Assembly (NCBI RefSeq): GCF_043950625.1
Contig: NZ_CP171007.1
Direction: 5' to 3' (one strand)
DNA: 32,000 bases
Source of the DNA: Alkanindiges sp. WGS2144
GTDB lineage: Bacteria > Pseudomonadota > Gammaproteobacteria > Pseudomonadales > Moraxellaceae
The notes below the pieces were generated by a model. That model was not told the origin of the DNA. It made no database searches and saw nothing but the letters and a program-made list of their open reading frames with translations. Position 1 is the first letter of the stretch. Each line of letters starts with the position of its first letter. The position numbers were made by a program, and so were the translations under genes. Shown piece after piece: positions 10,001 to 18,018 of this stretch.

Positions 10001-10960
10001 GTGAACACAATAGGCTTTAGTGATTTTGAAAGTGCGGGGTGTGCCGTATTAAAGTATTTGCATGAGCGATTTGGATTCGATTTATGGATGATCACCCGGA
10101 CTGAAGGGGATGACTGGATTGTGCTACAGGCAGAAGACCATGGCTATGGGGTCAAGGCCGGACAGGTATTCCGCTGGGCAGATTCCTTTTGCTCAGAAAT
10201 GGTTAAGGGAAACGGGCCATGTATTGCACCAAATGCTCAGGAGGTGCCCCTGTATGCTGCAGCACCTATCCGGCAGCAGGTAGGCATTCAGGCTTATATT
10301 GGTCAGCCGCTTAAATATGCTGATGAAAAACTGTTTGGCACACTATGTGCGATTCATCCTGAGCCGCAACCCCCTGATATTGTCAATGATCAGCCTTTGC
10401 TGGAGTTGCTAGGGCGATTATTAAGTACTATTTTACAAAGCGAACTTGAGAAGAATGAACAGCAGCGACGTGTAGAGCGGCTCGAGGCAGAAAGTATGAC
10501 GGATGCTTTGACTCACTTGTATAACCGTCGTGGCTGGGATCGTTTGCTGGCAGCAGAGGAGGAGCGTTGTCGTCGGCATGGCCATCCTGCTGCTGTTCTT
10601 GTTATTGATTTAAATCATTTAAAACTGGTCAACGATAAGTACGGACATGCCGCAGGAAATGAGCTGATTCAGCGGGCAGCCAACGCGTTGCGGGAAGCCA
10701 CGCGTGTTAATGATATTGTTGCCCGCCTGGGTGGCGATGAGTTTGGTATTTTAAGCGCTGAATGCAATGAAGAAGGCGCCCAAAAGCTGCTCCAGCGCAT
10801 TGATGAAGCATTTCAGGCAGAAAATGTTCAAGGTTCTGTAGGTATGGCCATGCGGCACCCTTCTACAGGTTTGGTTGAGGCCTGGCTACAGGCAGACAAA
10901 CTCATGTATGCCCACAAAAAGGCACGCTATGATGGTAGCTTATCGCCGGAAAATAATTGA
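10001..10960 (+). CDS. GAF-like sensor domain diguanylate cyclase (GGDEF)
   Basis: 319 aa with a GTG start and AGGAA 8 nt upstream. The N-terminal ~150 aa is a small-ligand sensor (GAF-like: LWMITRTEGDDWIVLQAED...GTLCAI). A coiled linker follows. The GGDEF domain carries DALTHLYNRRGW, an intact active site RLGGDEFGIL, and an RxxD I-site (RVND) exactly 5 residues upstream of GGDEF. Confidence 0.88.
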   Translation: MNTIGFSDFESAGCAVLKYLHERFGFDLWMITRTEGDDWIVLQAEDHGYGVKAGQVFRWADSFCSEMVKGNGPCIAPNAQEVPLYAAAPIRQQVGIQAYIGQPLKYADEKLFGTLCAIHPEPQPPDIVNDQPLLELLGRLLSTILQSELEKNEQQRRVERLEAESMTDALTHLYNRRGWDRLLAAEEERCRRHGHPAAVLVIDLNHLKLVNDKYGHAAGNELIQRAANALREATRVNDIVARLGGDEFGILSAECNEEGAQKLLQRIDEAFQAENVQGSVGMAMRHPSTGLVEAWLQADKLMYAHKKARYDGSLSPENN

Positions 10961-11074
10961 TAGGTTAAAGGCTAACTATAGGTGGGAAGATTACTCAGCC
11001 TGAATACAACGTAGTTGAAATATCACCATCCAGATCAACACTTACCCAGAGAATGAGTAGGCCGGAGTATCATA

Positions 11075-11695
11075 ATGAATCTTGATCTTGCTGATATTAA
11101 TTCCAGATATGGAAGGGATGCCCAGCAGCTCATTAAATGGGCACTTAGCCTGGAAAAAACGGCTATTTGTACGACCAACTTTCGTCCTTACGAGGCAGTA
11201 CTCCTGCATATGTTGACGCAGTTCAGGCCCGATATCCCTGTAGTCTGGATGGACAACGGCTATAATACTGAAGCAACCTATCGCTTTGCGAATGAACTCA
11301 CCCTGTTGCTTAATTTAAATTTAACCATTTATCTGCCAAAGCGGTCGCGGGCACACCGGGAAGCACTTGAAGGGGGTGTACCTGAACTTGACGACCCGCG
11401 TCATGCTGCGTTTACTGAAGAAGTTAAACTGGAGCCTTTTGCCCGTGCCTTGCGTGAAATTTCACCACAGGTGTGGTTTACGGCGCTGCGTGCTACTGAT
11501 ACGGCAGAGCGAGCGCAAATGCAGCCAGTCAGCATTAATCAGGATGGTCTGATTAAAGTAGCGCCTTTATTGTACTGGTCATCCAAAGAGATGTATGACT
11601 ATATTAGCCAGCATCATCTACCAGATAATGCTGATTATTTTGACCCCACCAAAGGCGAAGAAAAGCGCGAGTGTGGTTTGCATTTGAGCCATTGA
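11075..11695 (+). CDS. Phosphoadenosine phosphosulfate reductase family protein (short, divergent CysH-like)
   Basis: 206 aa with GGAG 8 nt upstream of the ATG. It aligns by eye with E. coli CysH blocks: RPDIPVVWMDNGYNTEATYRFANELT..LNLNL, LEPFARALREISPQVWFTALR, and the C-terminal redox motif KRECGLH. It is shorter than canonical CysH at both ends. Confidence 0.75.
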   Translation: MNLDLADINSRYGRDAQQLIKWALSLEKTAICTTNFRPYEAVLLHMLTQFRPDIPVVWMDNGYNTEATYRFANELTLLLNLNLTIYLPKRSRAHREALEGGVPELDDPRHAAFTEEVKLEPFARALREISPQVWFTALRATDTAERAQMQPVSINQDGLIKVAPLLYWSSKEMYDYISQHHLPDNADYFDPTKGEEKRECGLHLSH

Positions 11696-11719
11696 TTGAA
11701 AATTACTCAAATAATTGTA

Positions 11720-12808
11720 TTAATCCAGAAGGCGCAGTTGCTGGGTGGTCTGATCTGGTCGGCTTAACTCAGCCACGCCGACACCAGCCAGCCGGAACAA
11801 AAGTGGCTGGTCAAAATCCAGCCGATTAATGATTGAATGTACGGCATGCTGGAATGCTGATAAGTCTGGCACATTAGAACTATAAGTAATGGAGCGGGTA
11901 ATAATTTTAAAGTCTGTGGTTTTTAGTTTAATGGTCACGCTTCTGGCACCTAGCTGCTTTTGAGCCATTTTTTGCCATACCTCTATAGCAAGCTGTGGCC
12001 ATATATCGTAAAGCTCAGGCAGCGCTTTATCCTGCATAAACGTGGTTTCAATTGATAGTTGCTGGCGTTGCTGATGGGCATTAACCGGACGATCATCAAT
12101 ACCTCGCGCCAGATCATACAGGCGATATCCATAGCGGCCAAAATGGTGGGCAAGTGCGGCCTGGCTGTGCTGGGCAAGCTCTCCTACAGTGCGAATGCCA
12201 AGACGCTGCATTTTTTGCAAGGTAACCCGGCCTACACCAGGAATTTTTCCTACAGGCAGGGCAGGTAAAAACTGCTCAATCTGATGTGGTTTAATGACAT
12301 ACAGGCCATTTGGCTTATTCCAGTCAGAGGCAATTTTGGCCAAAAATTTGTTAGGCGCTACACCTGCTGAGGCAGTAAGACCGGTTTGCTCAAAGATGTC
12401 CATCCGGATTGCCTGAGCTACTTCTGTAGCACTGGGCAGGTTTTTAAAATTGTGACTGACGTCCAGATAGGCTTCATCCAGTGACAATGGCTCAATCAGG
12501 TCAGTGTACTGTTGTAGTATGGCATGCACCTGCTGTGATACCGCACGGTATTTATTAAAATCAGGCGCAATATAAATAGCATGTGGACAAAGCTGCCGGG
12601 CTCTGGCAACTGACATGGCCGAGCGCAGGCCAAACTGCCGCGCTTCATATGAAGCCGCACAAATTACAGAGCGTGCTCCATCCCAGGCAACTACCACGGG
12701 TTTACCTTTAAGCTGAGGCTGATCACGAGTTTCTACGGAAGCATAAAAAGCATCCATATCAATATGTACAATTTTGCGCAAGGCGAACCCTAAAGCATGA
12801 TGAACCAA
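11720..12808 (-). CDS. dinB: DNA polymerase IV (Y-family translesion polymerase)
   Basis: Canonical N-terminus RKIVHIDMDAFYASVETRDQP. Also SLDEAYLDV, the GIRTVGELA helix-hairpin-helix, and a little-finger domain. The track start 12808 is TTG. An in-frame TTG at 12781 would give MRKIVHIDMD, matching the usual DinB N-terminus, so the true start may be 12781. Confidence 0.92.
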   Translation of the reverse strand: MVHHALGFALRKIVHIDMDAFYASVETRDQPQLKGKPVVVAWDGARSVICAASYEARQFGLRSAMSVARARQLCPHAIYIAPDFNKYRAVSQQVHAILQQYTDLIEPLSLDEAYLDVSHNFKNLPSATEVAQAIRMDIFEQTGLTASAGVAPNKFLAKIASDWNKPNGLYVIKPHQIEQFLPALPVGKIPGVGRVTLQKMQRLGIRTVGELAQHSQAALAHHFGRYGYRLYDLARGIDDRPVNAHQQRQQLSIETTFMQDKALPELYDIWPQLAIEVWQKMAQKQLGARSVTIKLKTTDFKIITRSITYSSNVPDLSAFQHAVHSIINRLDFDQPLLFRLAGVGVAELSRPDQTTQQLRLLD

Positions 12809-12938
12809 AAATCAGATAATTGTCCTGATTGTACGTCACCATAAGCTTTTTATGAGATAGTAGCCTACAAAATTTTGCTAATCGCTTCTAAACTATCCAG
12901 CCTTTAGATTGCCTAGCCCTGATACTGAGTTGCCTCCA

Positions 12939-13592
12939 ATGTCCAAGCCAATTAGCCTTGTAGTCGATTTTCAGTTATTGCCCAGATCGTGGCAGCGCAT
13001 CTGTCAGGCTTTTGGGCTTCAAGCTTTACAACGGCTGGAGCAACAAACGTACCAGCACTTATTACAACACTATTCCCAGCCTGGGCGAGCCTATCATAAC
13101 CTGCAACATTTAACCGAGTGCATCAGGCATTTTGAACAGGTACAGCATTTGTGTGTACAGCCCACAGAAGTGGAAATTGCCTTATGGTTTCACGATGCTG
13201 TGTATGATTCTCACGCCATCGACAATGAGCAAAAAAGTGCTGCGTGGGCGGTAGATTTTTTGCAGCAGGCACAAGCAGAAGCGAGTAAAATTCAGCGGGT
13301 ATGTGATCTAATTATGGCAACCCGTCAGCATCAGGGTGTAGATATTGACCAGCAGTTAATGGTGGATATAGACCTGTCTATTCTGGGCAGTTCACCCATG
13401 CGTTTTGATGAGTATATGCAACAAATCCGGAGGGAATACAGCTTTGTTGCAACAGAAGTTTTTAGGCAAAAGCGGATGGAGGTGTTGCAGCAGTTTTACC
13501 AGCGCCAGAGAATTTACAATACCGACTATTTTTATCAGCACTATGAGCAGGCTGCGCGGAATAATATTCAGCACGCCTTGAGCACAGTATAA
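12939..13592 (+). CDS. HD-superfamily metal-dependent phosphohydrolase (COG4339-like)
   Basis: It carries the YHNLQHLTECI ... ALWFHDAVYDS ... NEQKSAAW pattern, which is typical of the uncharacterised HD-superfamily family often mis-annotated as an NMDA receptor subunit. ATG 12939 (MSKPISL...) is preferred over the TTG 12909 track start. Confidence 0.6.
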   Translation: MSKPISLVVDFQLLPRSWQRICQAFGLQALQRLEQQTYQHLLQHYSQPGRAYHNLQHLTECIRHFEQVQHLCVQPTEVEIALWFHDAVYDSHAIDNEQKSAAWAVDFLQQAQAEASKIQRVCDLIMATRQHQGVDIDQQLMVDIDLSILGSSPMRFDEYMQQIRREYSFVATEVFRQKRMEVLQQFYQRQRIYNTDYFYQHYEQAARNNIQHALSTV

Positions 13593-13650
13593 GCAAATAT
13601 ACAATTTAAATATGGGTTTTATGCATAAGTTTTTTATAAATTCTGGATGT

Positions 13651-13696
13651 AAAAAAGCCCGACGTTATTCAATCCTGAATGGTCGGGCATTTTTTG
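13651..13696. terminator. Bidirectional rho-independent terminator
   Basis: GCCCGAC (13657-13663) pairs with GTCGGGC (13682-13688). An inner ATTC/GAAT pairing extends the stem. A6 (13651-13656) flanks it on one side and T6 (13690-13695) on the other. It can therefore terminate the + strand HD gene and a minus-strand transcript. Confidence 0.8.
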
Positions 13697-13785
13697 TGCT
13701 TCCTGGCTGTCGAATATCCATTCGAGTCCTGCGACTATCTCTTCCTTATGGCGGTATCCTTGCCATATCATCCTTGTCTCGCTAA
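13651..13785 (-). ncRNA. Candidate Csr/Rsm-family (RsmY/RsmZ/CsrB-like) CsrA-sequestering small RNA
   Basis: The minus strand has seven GGA motifs in ~105 nt, six of them AGGA. The plus-strand TCC positions are 13771, 13757, 13743, 13727, 13717, 13701 and 13673, spaced 10-16 nt apart for the first six. Three lie in hairpin loops: TATGGC/GCCATA stem at 13747-13767, TCGAAT/ATTCGA stem at 13710-13725, and the terminator apex. The region ends in a GC stem plus U6. A GacA-type box lies about 65 nt upstream of the likely start. No protein-coding potential. The 5' end is approximate; the candidate -10 is CATTAT at 13795-13790. Confidence 0.65.
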
Positions 13786-13838
13786 CTGAATAATGCAGCA
13801 AGTTCAAAAACCGGAATAGTGGTTAAAACGCCATAGTA

Positions 13839-13856
13839 TGTACGTTATGGCTTACA
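13839..13856 (-). promoter_or_regulatory. GacA/UvrY-type upstream activating palindrome
   Basis: The minus strand reads TGTAAG-CCATAA-CGTACA. The published consensus is TGTAAG-N6-CTTACA, so 11 of 12 specified positions match. The box is centred about 65 nt upstream of the inferred start of the GGA-rich RNA. Confidence 0.55.
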
Positions 13857-13984
13857 TTTAATAACATTCAGCAAGATATACAAACTTTCACTAACATAAA
13901 TTAAACCTTAAAGTTTACTGATCTCTTAAAGAAGCAATAAAATGTGAAGTTTTAAGTACTGAAAAAGGATACATTCGATAAAAA

Positions 13985-14800
13985 ATGAAAGTTCATCATT
14001 TAAATTGCGGGTCTTTTTGTCCTGCTTGTAAAAAACTTTTGCAGGGGAGTGGTGGATGGCTTGAGTCTGCCAGTATGTGCTGCCATTGCCTGCTGCTTGA
14101 AACCAATGATGGACTGGTTTTGGTGGATACAGGGTTTGGGGTGCAGGATGTAGTCAAGCCCACGCATTTAGGTCATGCATTTCGCACGCTCATGCAGCCG
14201 AAATTACTACTGGAAGAAACCGCACTGTTTCAGATTGATCAAATGGGTTACAACCGCCGTGAGGTCAAGCATATTATTTTAACCCATCTGGATCTTGACC
14301 ATGCTGGCGGGATTTCAGATTTTCCGGCAGCGCATATTCATGCTTGCAGCACTGAAATAGAGGCTGCTTTAAATCCATCCAACTGGATGGAGCGAGCCCG
14401 TTATCGTGCCCGTCAATTTAGTTATAATCCCAAATGGACAGCCACCATTCATACTGCTGAGCAGTGGTTTGGTTTTGAGAATGTGCAGCGCTTAAAAGGA
14501 GTCAGGGAAGAAATTTTACTGATACCACTGCCTGGGCATAGTCGTGGTCATTGTGGTGTGGCATTACGTCAGGCCAATGGCAAATGGCTGTTTCATGTGG
14601 GTGATTTATATATGGATCGGCGCAGCTTATATGGCAAGTCACCACATGTGTTGAGACAAAGTGAAAAGTTGCTGGCTGCCAACAACAAGCAGCGCATAGG
14701 TTATCTTAAAAAGGTAAAACATCTCATCGACCAGCATGCCAGCGAGGTAGAGGTATTTTGTGCTCATGATTTTAGTGAGTTAAATCGCTATTTAGCTTAA
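13985..14800 (+). CDS. MBL-fold metallo-hydrolase
   Basis: 271 aa. Beta-lactamase-fold metal motif ILTHLDLDHAGG (HxDxDH variant). Downstream LPGHSRGH and a late HD(F). The Cys-rich N-terminus HHLNCGSFCP...CCHCLLLETNDGLVLVDTGFG is typical of this family. Confidence 0.8.
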   Translation: MKVHHLNCGSFCPACKKLLQGSGGWLESASMCCHCLLLETNDGLVLVDTGFGVQDVVKPTHLGHAFRTLMQPKLLLEETALFQIDQMGYNRREVKHIILTHLDLDHAGGISDFPAAHIHACSTEIEAALNPSNWMERARYRARQFSYNPKWTATIHTAEQWFGFENVQRLKGVREEILLIPLPGHSRGHCGVALRQANGKWLFHVGDLYMDRRSLYGKSPHVLRQSEKLLAANNKQRIGYLKKVKHLIDQHASEVEVFCAHDFSELNRYLA

Positions 14801-14809
14801 GAACGGTAG

Positions 14810-14851
14810 TGCCTGATCAAGCCGGATTGTGCTTAATCAGGCATTTGGATT
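14810..14851 (+). terminator. Rho-independent terminator after the MBL-fold gene
   Basis: TGCCTGAT (14810-14817) pairs with ATCAGGCA (14836-14843), giving an 8-bp stem and an 18-nt loop, followed by TTTGGATT. It lies in the 51-nt gap between the convergent MBL and RND pump genes. Confidence 0.6.
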
Positions 14852-17800
14852 CTAGCTGGTTTTCCTGATTTTTCGTACTTGACGAACACTCCAGTTGGCC
14901 AGGTCATCCAGATAAGTATAGATGACTGGCACCACCACCAGGGTGAGCAGGGTGGAGGTAATGACTCCGCCAATGATGGCATGCGCCATCGGAGCACGTT
15001 GCTCAGCTCCCTCACCTAGGCCGAGCGCCAATGGCACCATCCCCATAATCATGGCGCTGGTGGTCATTAAAATAGGTCGTAAGCGGGTTTGGCCGGATTG
15101 TATAATGGCTTCGTTGCGCGGAACGCCTTTTTCTACCGCTTTTTTAATAAAATCAATCAACAAAATAGCGTTTTTGGTGACTAATCCCATCAGCATAATA
15201 ATGCCGATAATTGAGAAAATATTTAGCGTGCTATTAAACAGGAATAAGGCTAGGAAAACTCCAATTAAGGAAAGCGGCAATGAAGCCATAATGGTAACTG
15301 GATGCAAAAAACTATTAAATTGCGAACCTAGAACCATATAAATAAAGAGCACAGCCAGTATCAGGGCAGTTACTGCATAACCCACCGACTCTTCCATATC
15401 CTTGTTGGCACCTTCGGTCTGGAACTGATAGCCGGGCGGTAATTTCATGTCCTGCTGAATGCGCTTGATGTCCTCACCAATATCGCCTGCTGGTCGCCCT
15501 GAGGTATTTGCATCAATCAGCACCTCACGGAACAGGTTGCGGCGGTTGATTTGTGAAGCGCCCAGTGTTTGCTCAAAACTGGCGATTTGGGAGAGTGGGA
15601 TTAGATTAGCCTGTTGTCCATTACTTATGGCAGTGTTAGTGGAGCTGAAATACAGGTTCTGCAATTGCTCAATGCTTTGGCGCTGGGTTTCAGGCAAGCG
15701 AATGTTAACATCGTAATTTTCGCCATTTGGGTCTTGCCATGTGGTTATATTGTCGCCAGCCAATAAAGGGCGTAAGGCCTGACTGATCTGACCAACTGAC
15801 AGCCCAAGATCACTGGCCGCAGCACGATTTAAATGCACTGCCAGAGTTGGTTTTGGCTCTGCAAGGGAAGAGCGCAAGTCTACAATACCGGGGATATCCT
15901 GCATTTTTTGCATAAACTGGTCGGATAGTTTTTGTAGCTCATCCAGTTCAGGGCCGGTAATAGAAATCATGATAGGCTTAAGTCCGCCCGAAATGCTGTC
16001 ATCATCCGCAGAGACCGAGGTTAAGGTGATGCCCGCCACATCCTGTACCCGGTTGCGTATGGCATTGATGAGTTCATTCAGGCTACGCTCGCGTTCATGT
16101 TTGGGTTTTAGGCTGACACGAAGCACTGCACGGTTACGTCCTGCATTACCTACCGAGTTAATTGAGCCATAAGTGGTGATTACTTCGGGAAAATCTCTGA
16201 GTAGCTGATCAAGCTGTTTAACCTTGGCCTCGGTATATTGCAGGGTGGAATCAACCGGTGTTTCAAACTGAACTTTAAGCTCTCCCATATCAGGGGTGGG
16301 AACAAATTCTTTACCGATCATACCGGCCAGTCCAAATGCGGCAACCAGCGACAAAACGGCAATGCCTAATGTGAGTAGGCGAAAGTGCAAGCAAAACTTT
16401 AAAATAGTGGTATAAATTCCATTTAGCCGGTCAATGGCAGCGGCGCAATGGTCTAAAAAGCGCTGAAACCGGCTTTTTTTGGCTTCTGGAGTATGTTTTT
16501 CTGGCCAGATTGCTGAGAGCATGGGGTCAAGGGTTAGGCTGACAAACATGGAAATAAGTACTGCGGAGCTAACGGCAACCCCAAACTGGTAAAAAAAGCG
16601 TCCAATAATGCCGCCCATAAAAGCAACCGGCAGAAAAACAGCCACAATAGTGAGCGTGGTTGCCAGTACAGCCAGTCCAATCTCCTTGGTGCCATCGAGC
16701 GCTGCCTGCTTGTGATCCTTACCCATCGCTGCATGGCGCACAATGTTTTCACGTACTACAATGGCATCATCAATGAGCAGACCAATACATAACGACAAGG
16801 CCATCAAGGTCATCAGGTTAATACTAAAGCCAAACGCCCATAGCACCGTTAAGGTGCCTAAAAGGGAAATTGGTAGAGTCAGGCCAGTAATGATGGTAGA
16901 GCGCCACGAACCCAAAAATAGCAGAACAATAAGAATTGCCAGCACACCGCCTTCAATCAGGGTTTTGACCACATCAGTAATAGAGGCACGAATTGACTTG
17001 GCCCGGTCTGAACTTAAGGTAAAGGTTACATCTGGCGGTAACTGCTGGCGAATTTTTTCGAGCGTGGCTTTGGTTTGATCGACCACCTCAATCACGTTGG
17101 CTTCAGAAGTTTTTAAAACATCCAGGCTGACCGCACGGTTACCATTAAAAAATGCACCGGTTTCTGCTTCGGCCTGACTATCAGTAACTGTGGCAATCTG
17201 GGACAAATAGACAGGCATATTGCCTCGGCGTGCCACAATGAGCTGGTTAAAATCAATCGGATTAACCAGTCGCCCCTTAATTTCAACCACCAGTTCCTGA
17301 TTGCCATTTTTTAGGGTACCACTAGGCAACTGCATGTTTTCACTACGCAGCACACCGATCACCTGATCAACACTGATGCCGAGTGCCTGCATTTTTTCTG
17401 GCTGTACTTCAACCCGGATTTGCCGTTTAACGTCACCTAGCATGTTAACGTTGCCTACCCCGGAGATAGTGCGTAGCTGGGGAATGATGCGCTGATCCAG
17501 ATAATTGCTCAGGTCGCGCATCGACATGCGATCTGAACGGAAAATGGCTGAAATCACTGGCGCATCACTGGGATTGTAGCGCTGGATTAGCGGGTCTTCG
17601 ACTTCATCGCGCAACTCTGGCTGTACAATAGCCACTTTATCCCGTACATCCTGTGCGGCCAGGCTGGAAGGCACATCCAGATTAAACTCCACAATAACGG
17701 TGGATAAACCTTCACTGGAAGTTGAAATGACCTGCTTGACACCAGAAATGGTGTTAATGGAGTCTTCCAGCTTTTTGGTAACATCCGATTCCACCATCTC

Positions 17801-17968
17801 CGGCGAGGCACCAGGGTAGGTGGTATAGACCACCACAAAAGGAAAATCCACATCCGGAAATTCTTCTACTGTCATGCGCTGCCAGGATGCCAGTCCCATT
17901 ACCATCAATGCCAGCATCAGCATGGCAGTAAAAACAGGATTATTAACGCTAATTCGGGTAAGCCACAT
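14852..17968 (-). CDS. RND efflux transporter permease subunit (AcrB/HAE1-like)
   Basis: 1038 aa. N-terminus [20 protein letters not shown]. It has two large periplasmic loops and a 12-TM architecture. Conserved TM4 region is [17 protein letters not shown]. The C-terminal half includes [13 protein letters not shown]. Confidence 0.93.
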   Translation of the reverse strand: MWLTRISVNNPVFTAMLMLALMVMGLASWQRMTVEEFPDVDFPFVVVYTTYPGASPEMVESDVTKKLEDSINTISGVKQVISTSSEGLSTVIVEFNLDVPSSLAAQDVRDKVAIVQPELRDEVEDPLIQRYNPSDAPVISAIFRSDRMSMRDLSNYLDQRIIPQLRTISGVGNVNMLGDVKRQIRVEVQPEKMQALGISVDQVIGVLRSENMQLPSGTLKNGNQELVVEIKGRLVNPIDFNQLIVARRGNMPVYLSQIATVTDSQAEAETGAFFNGNRAVSLDVLKTSEANVIEVVDQTKATLEKIRQQLPPDVTFTLSSDRAKSIRASITDVVKTLIEGGVLAILIVLLFLGSWRSTIITGLTLPISLLGTLTVLWAFGFSINLMTLMALSLCIGLLIDDAIVVRENIVRHAAMGKDHKQAALDGTKEIGLAVLATTLTIVAVFLPVAFMGGIIGRFFYQFGVAVSSAVLISMFVSLTLDPMLSAIWPEKHTPEAKKSRFQRFLDHCAAAIDRLNGIYTTILKFCLHFRLLTLGIAVLSLVAAFGLAGMIGKEFVPTPDMGELKVQFETPVDSTLQYTEAKVKQLDQLLRDFPEVITTYGSINSVGNAGRNRAVLRVSLKPKHERERSLNELINAIRNRVQDVAGITLTSVSADDDSISGGLKPIMISITGPELDELQKLSDQFMQKMQDIPGIVDLRSSLAEPKPTLAVHLNRAAASDLGLSVGQISQALRPLLAGDNITTWQDPNGENYDVNIRLPETQRQSIEQLQNLYFSSTNTAISNGQQANLIPLSQIASFEQTLGASQINRRNLFREVLIDANTSGRPAGDIGEDIKRIQQDMKLPPGYQFQTEGANKDMEESVGYAVTALILAVLFIYMVLGSQFNSFLHPVTIMASLPLSLIGVFLALFLFNSTLNIFSIIGIIMLMGLVTKNAILLIDFIKKAVEKGVPRNEAIIQSGQTRLRPILMTTSAMIMGMVPLALGLGEGAEQRAPMAHAIIGGVITSTLLTLVVVPVIYTYLDDLANWSVRQVRKIRKTS

Positions 17969-18018
17969 ATTTTTACCTTATTCTTTTACCTTGCGTGTCC
18001 ATCGGCTCTAGTGATTTA

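Noticed and set aside
12811-12829. ATCAG-N9-CTGAT dyad upstream of dinB, considered as a LexA/SOS box or Fur box
   Set aside because: It does not match CTGT-N8-ACAG in either polarity or spacing. It shares only a GATAAT hexamer with the Fur consensus. It is kept only as an unexplained dyad in the dinB finding.
13721-13745. TTCGAGTCC, a tRNA T-loop-like 9-mer, suggesting a tRNA 3' fragment or island att site
   Set aside because: The 5 nt preceding the loop do not pair with the 5 nt following it, so there is no T-stem. There is no acceptor stem or CCA context and no tRNA gene or integrase nearby. A single 9-mer match is expected by chance at appreciable frequency in 64 kb. The TCC is one of the GGA motifs of the candidate sRNA on the other strand.
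13612-13785. A 57-codon plus-strand ORF (MGFMHKFFINSGCKKARRY...) in the HD-MBL gap
   Set aside because: It reads straight through the bidirectional terminator hairpin and the GGA-rich structured region. It has no RBS and an implausible basic, Cys-containing composition. The region is better explained as a non-coding RNA locus.
14922-17078. Plus-strand ORFs overlapping the RND pump gene (14922-15341, 139 aa; 16743-17078, 111 aa; others)
   Set aside because: They are antisense to a 1038-aa AcrB-type pump with clear family motifs. They have no independent signals.
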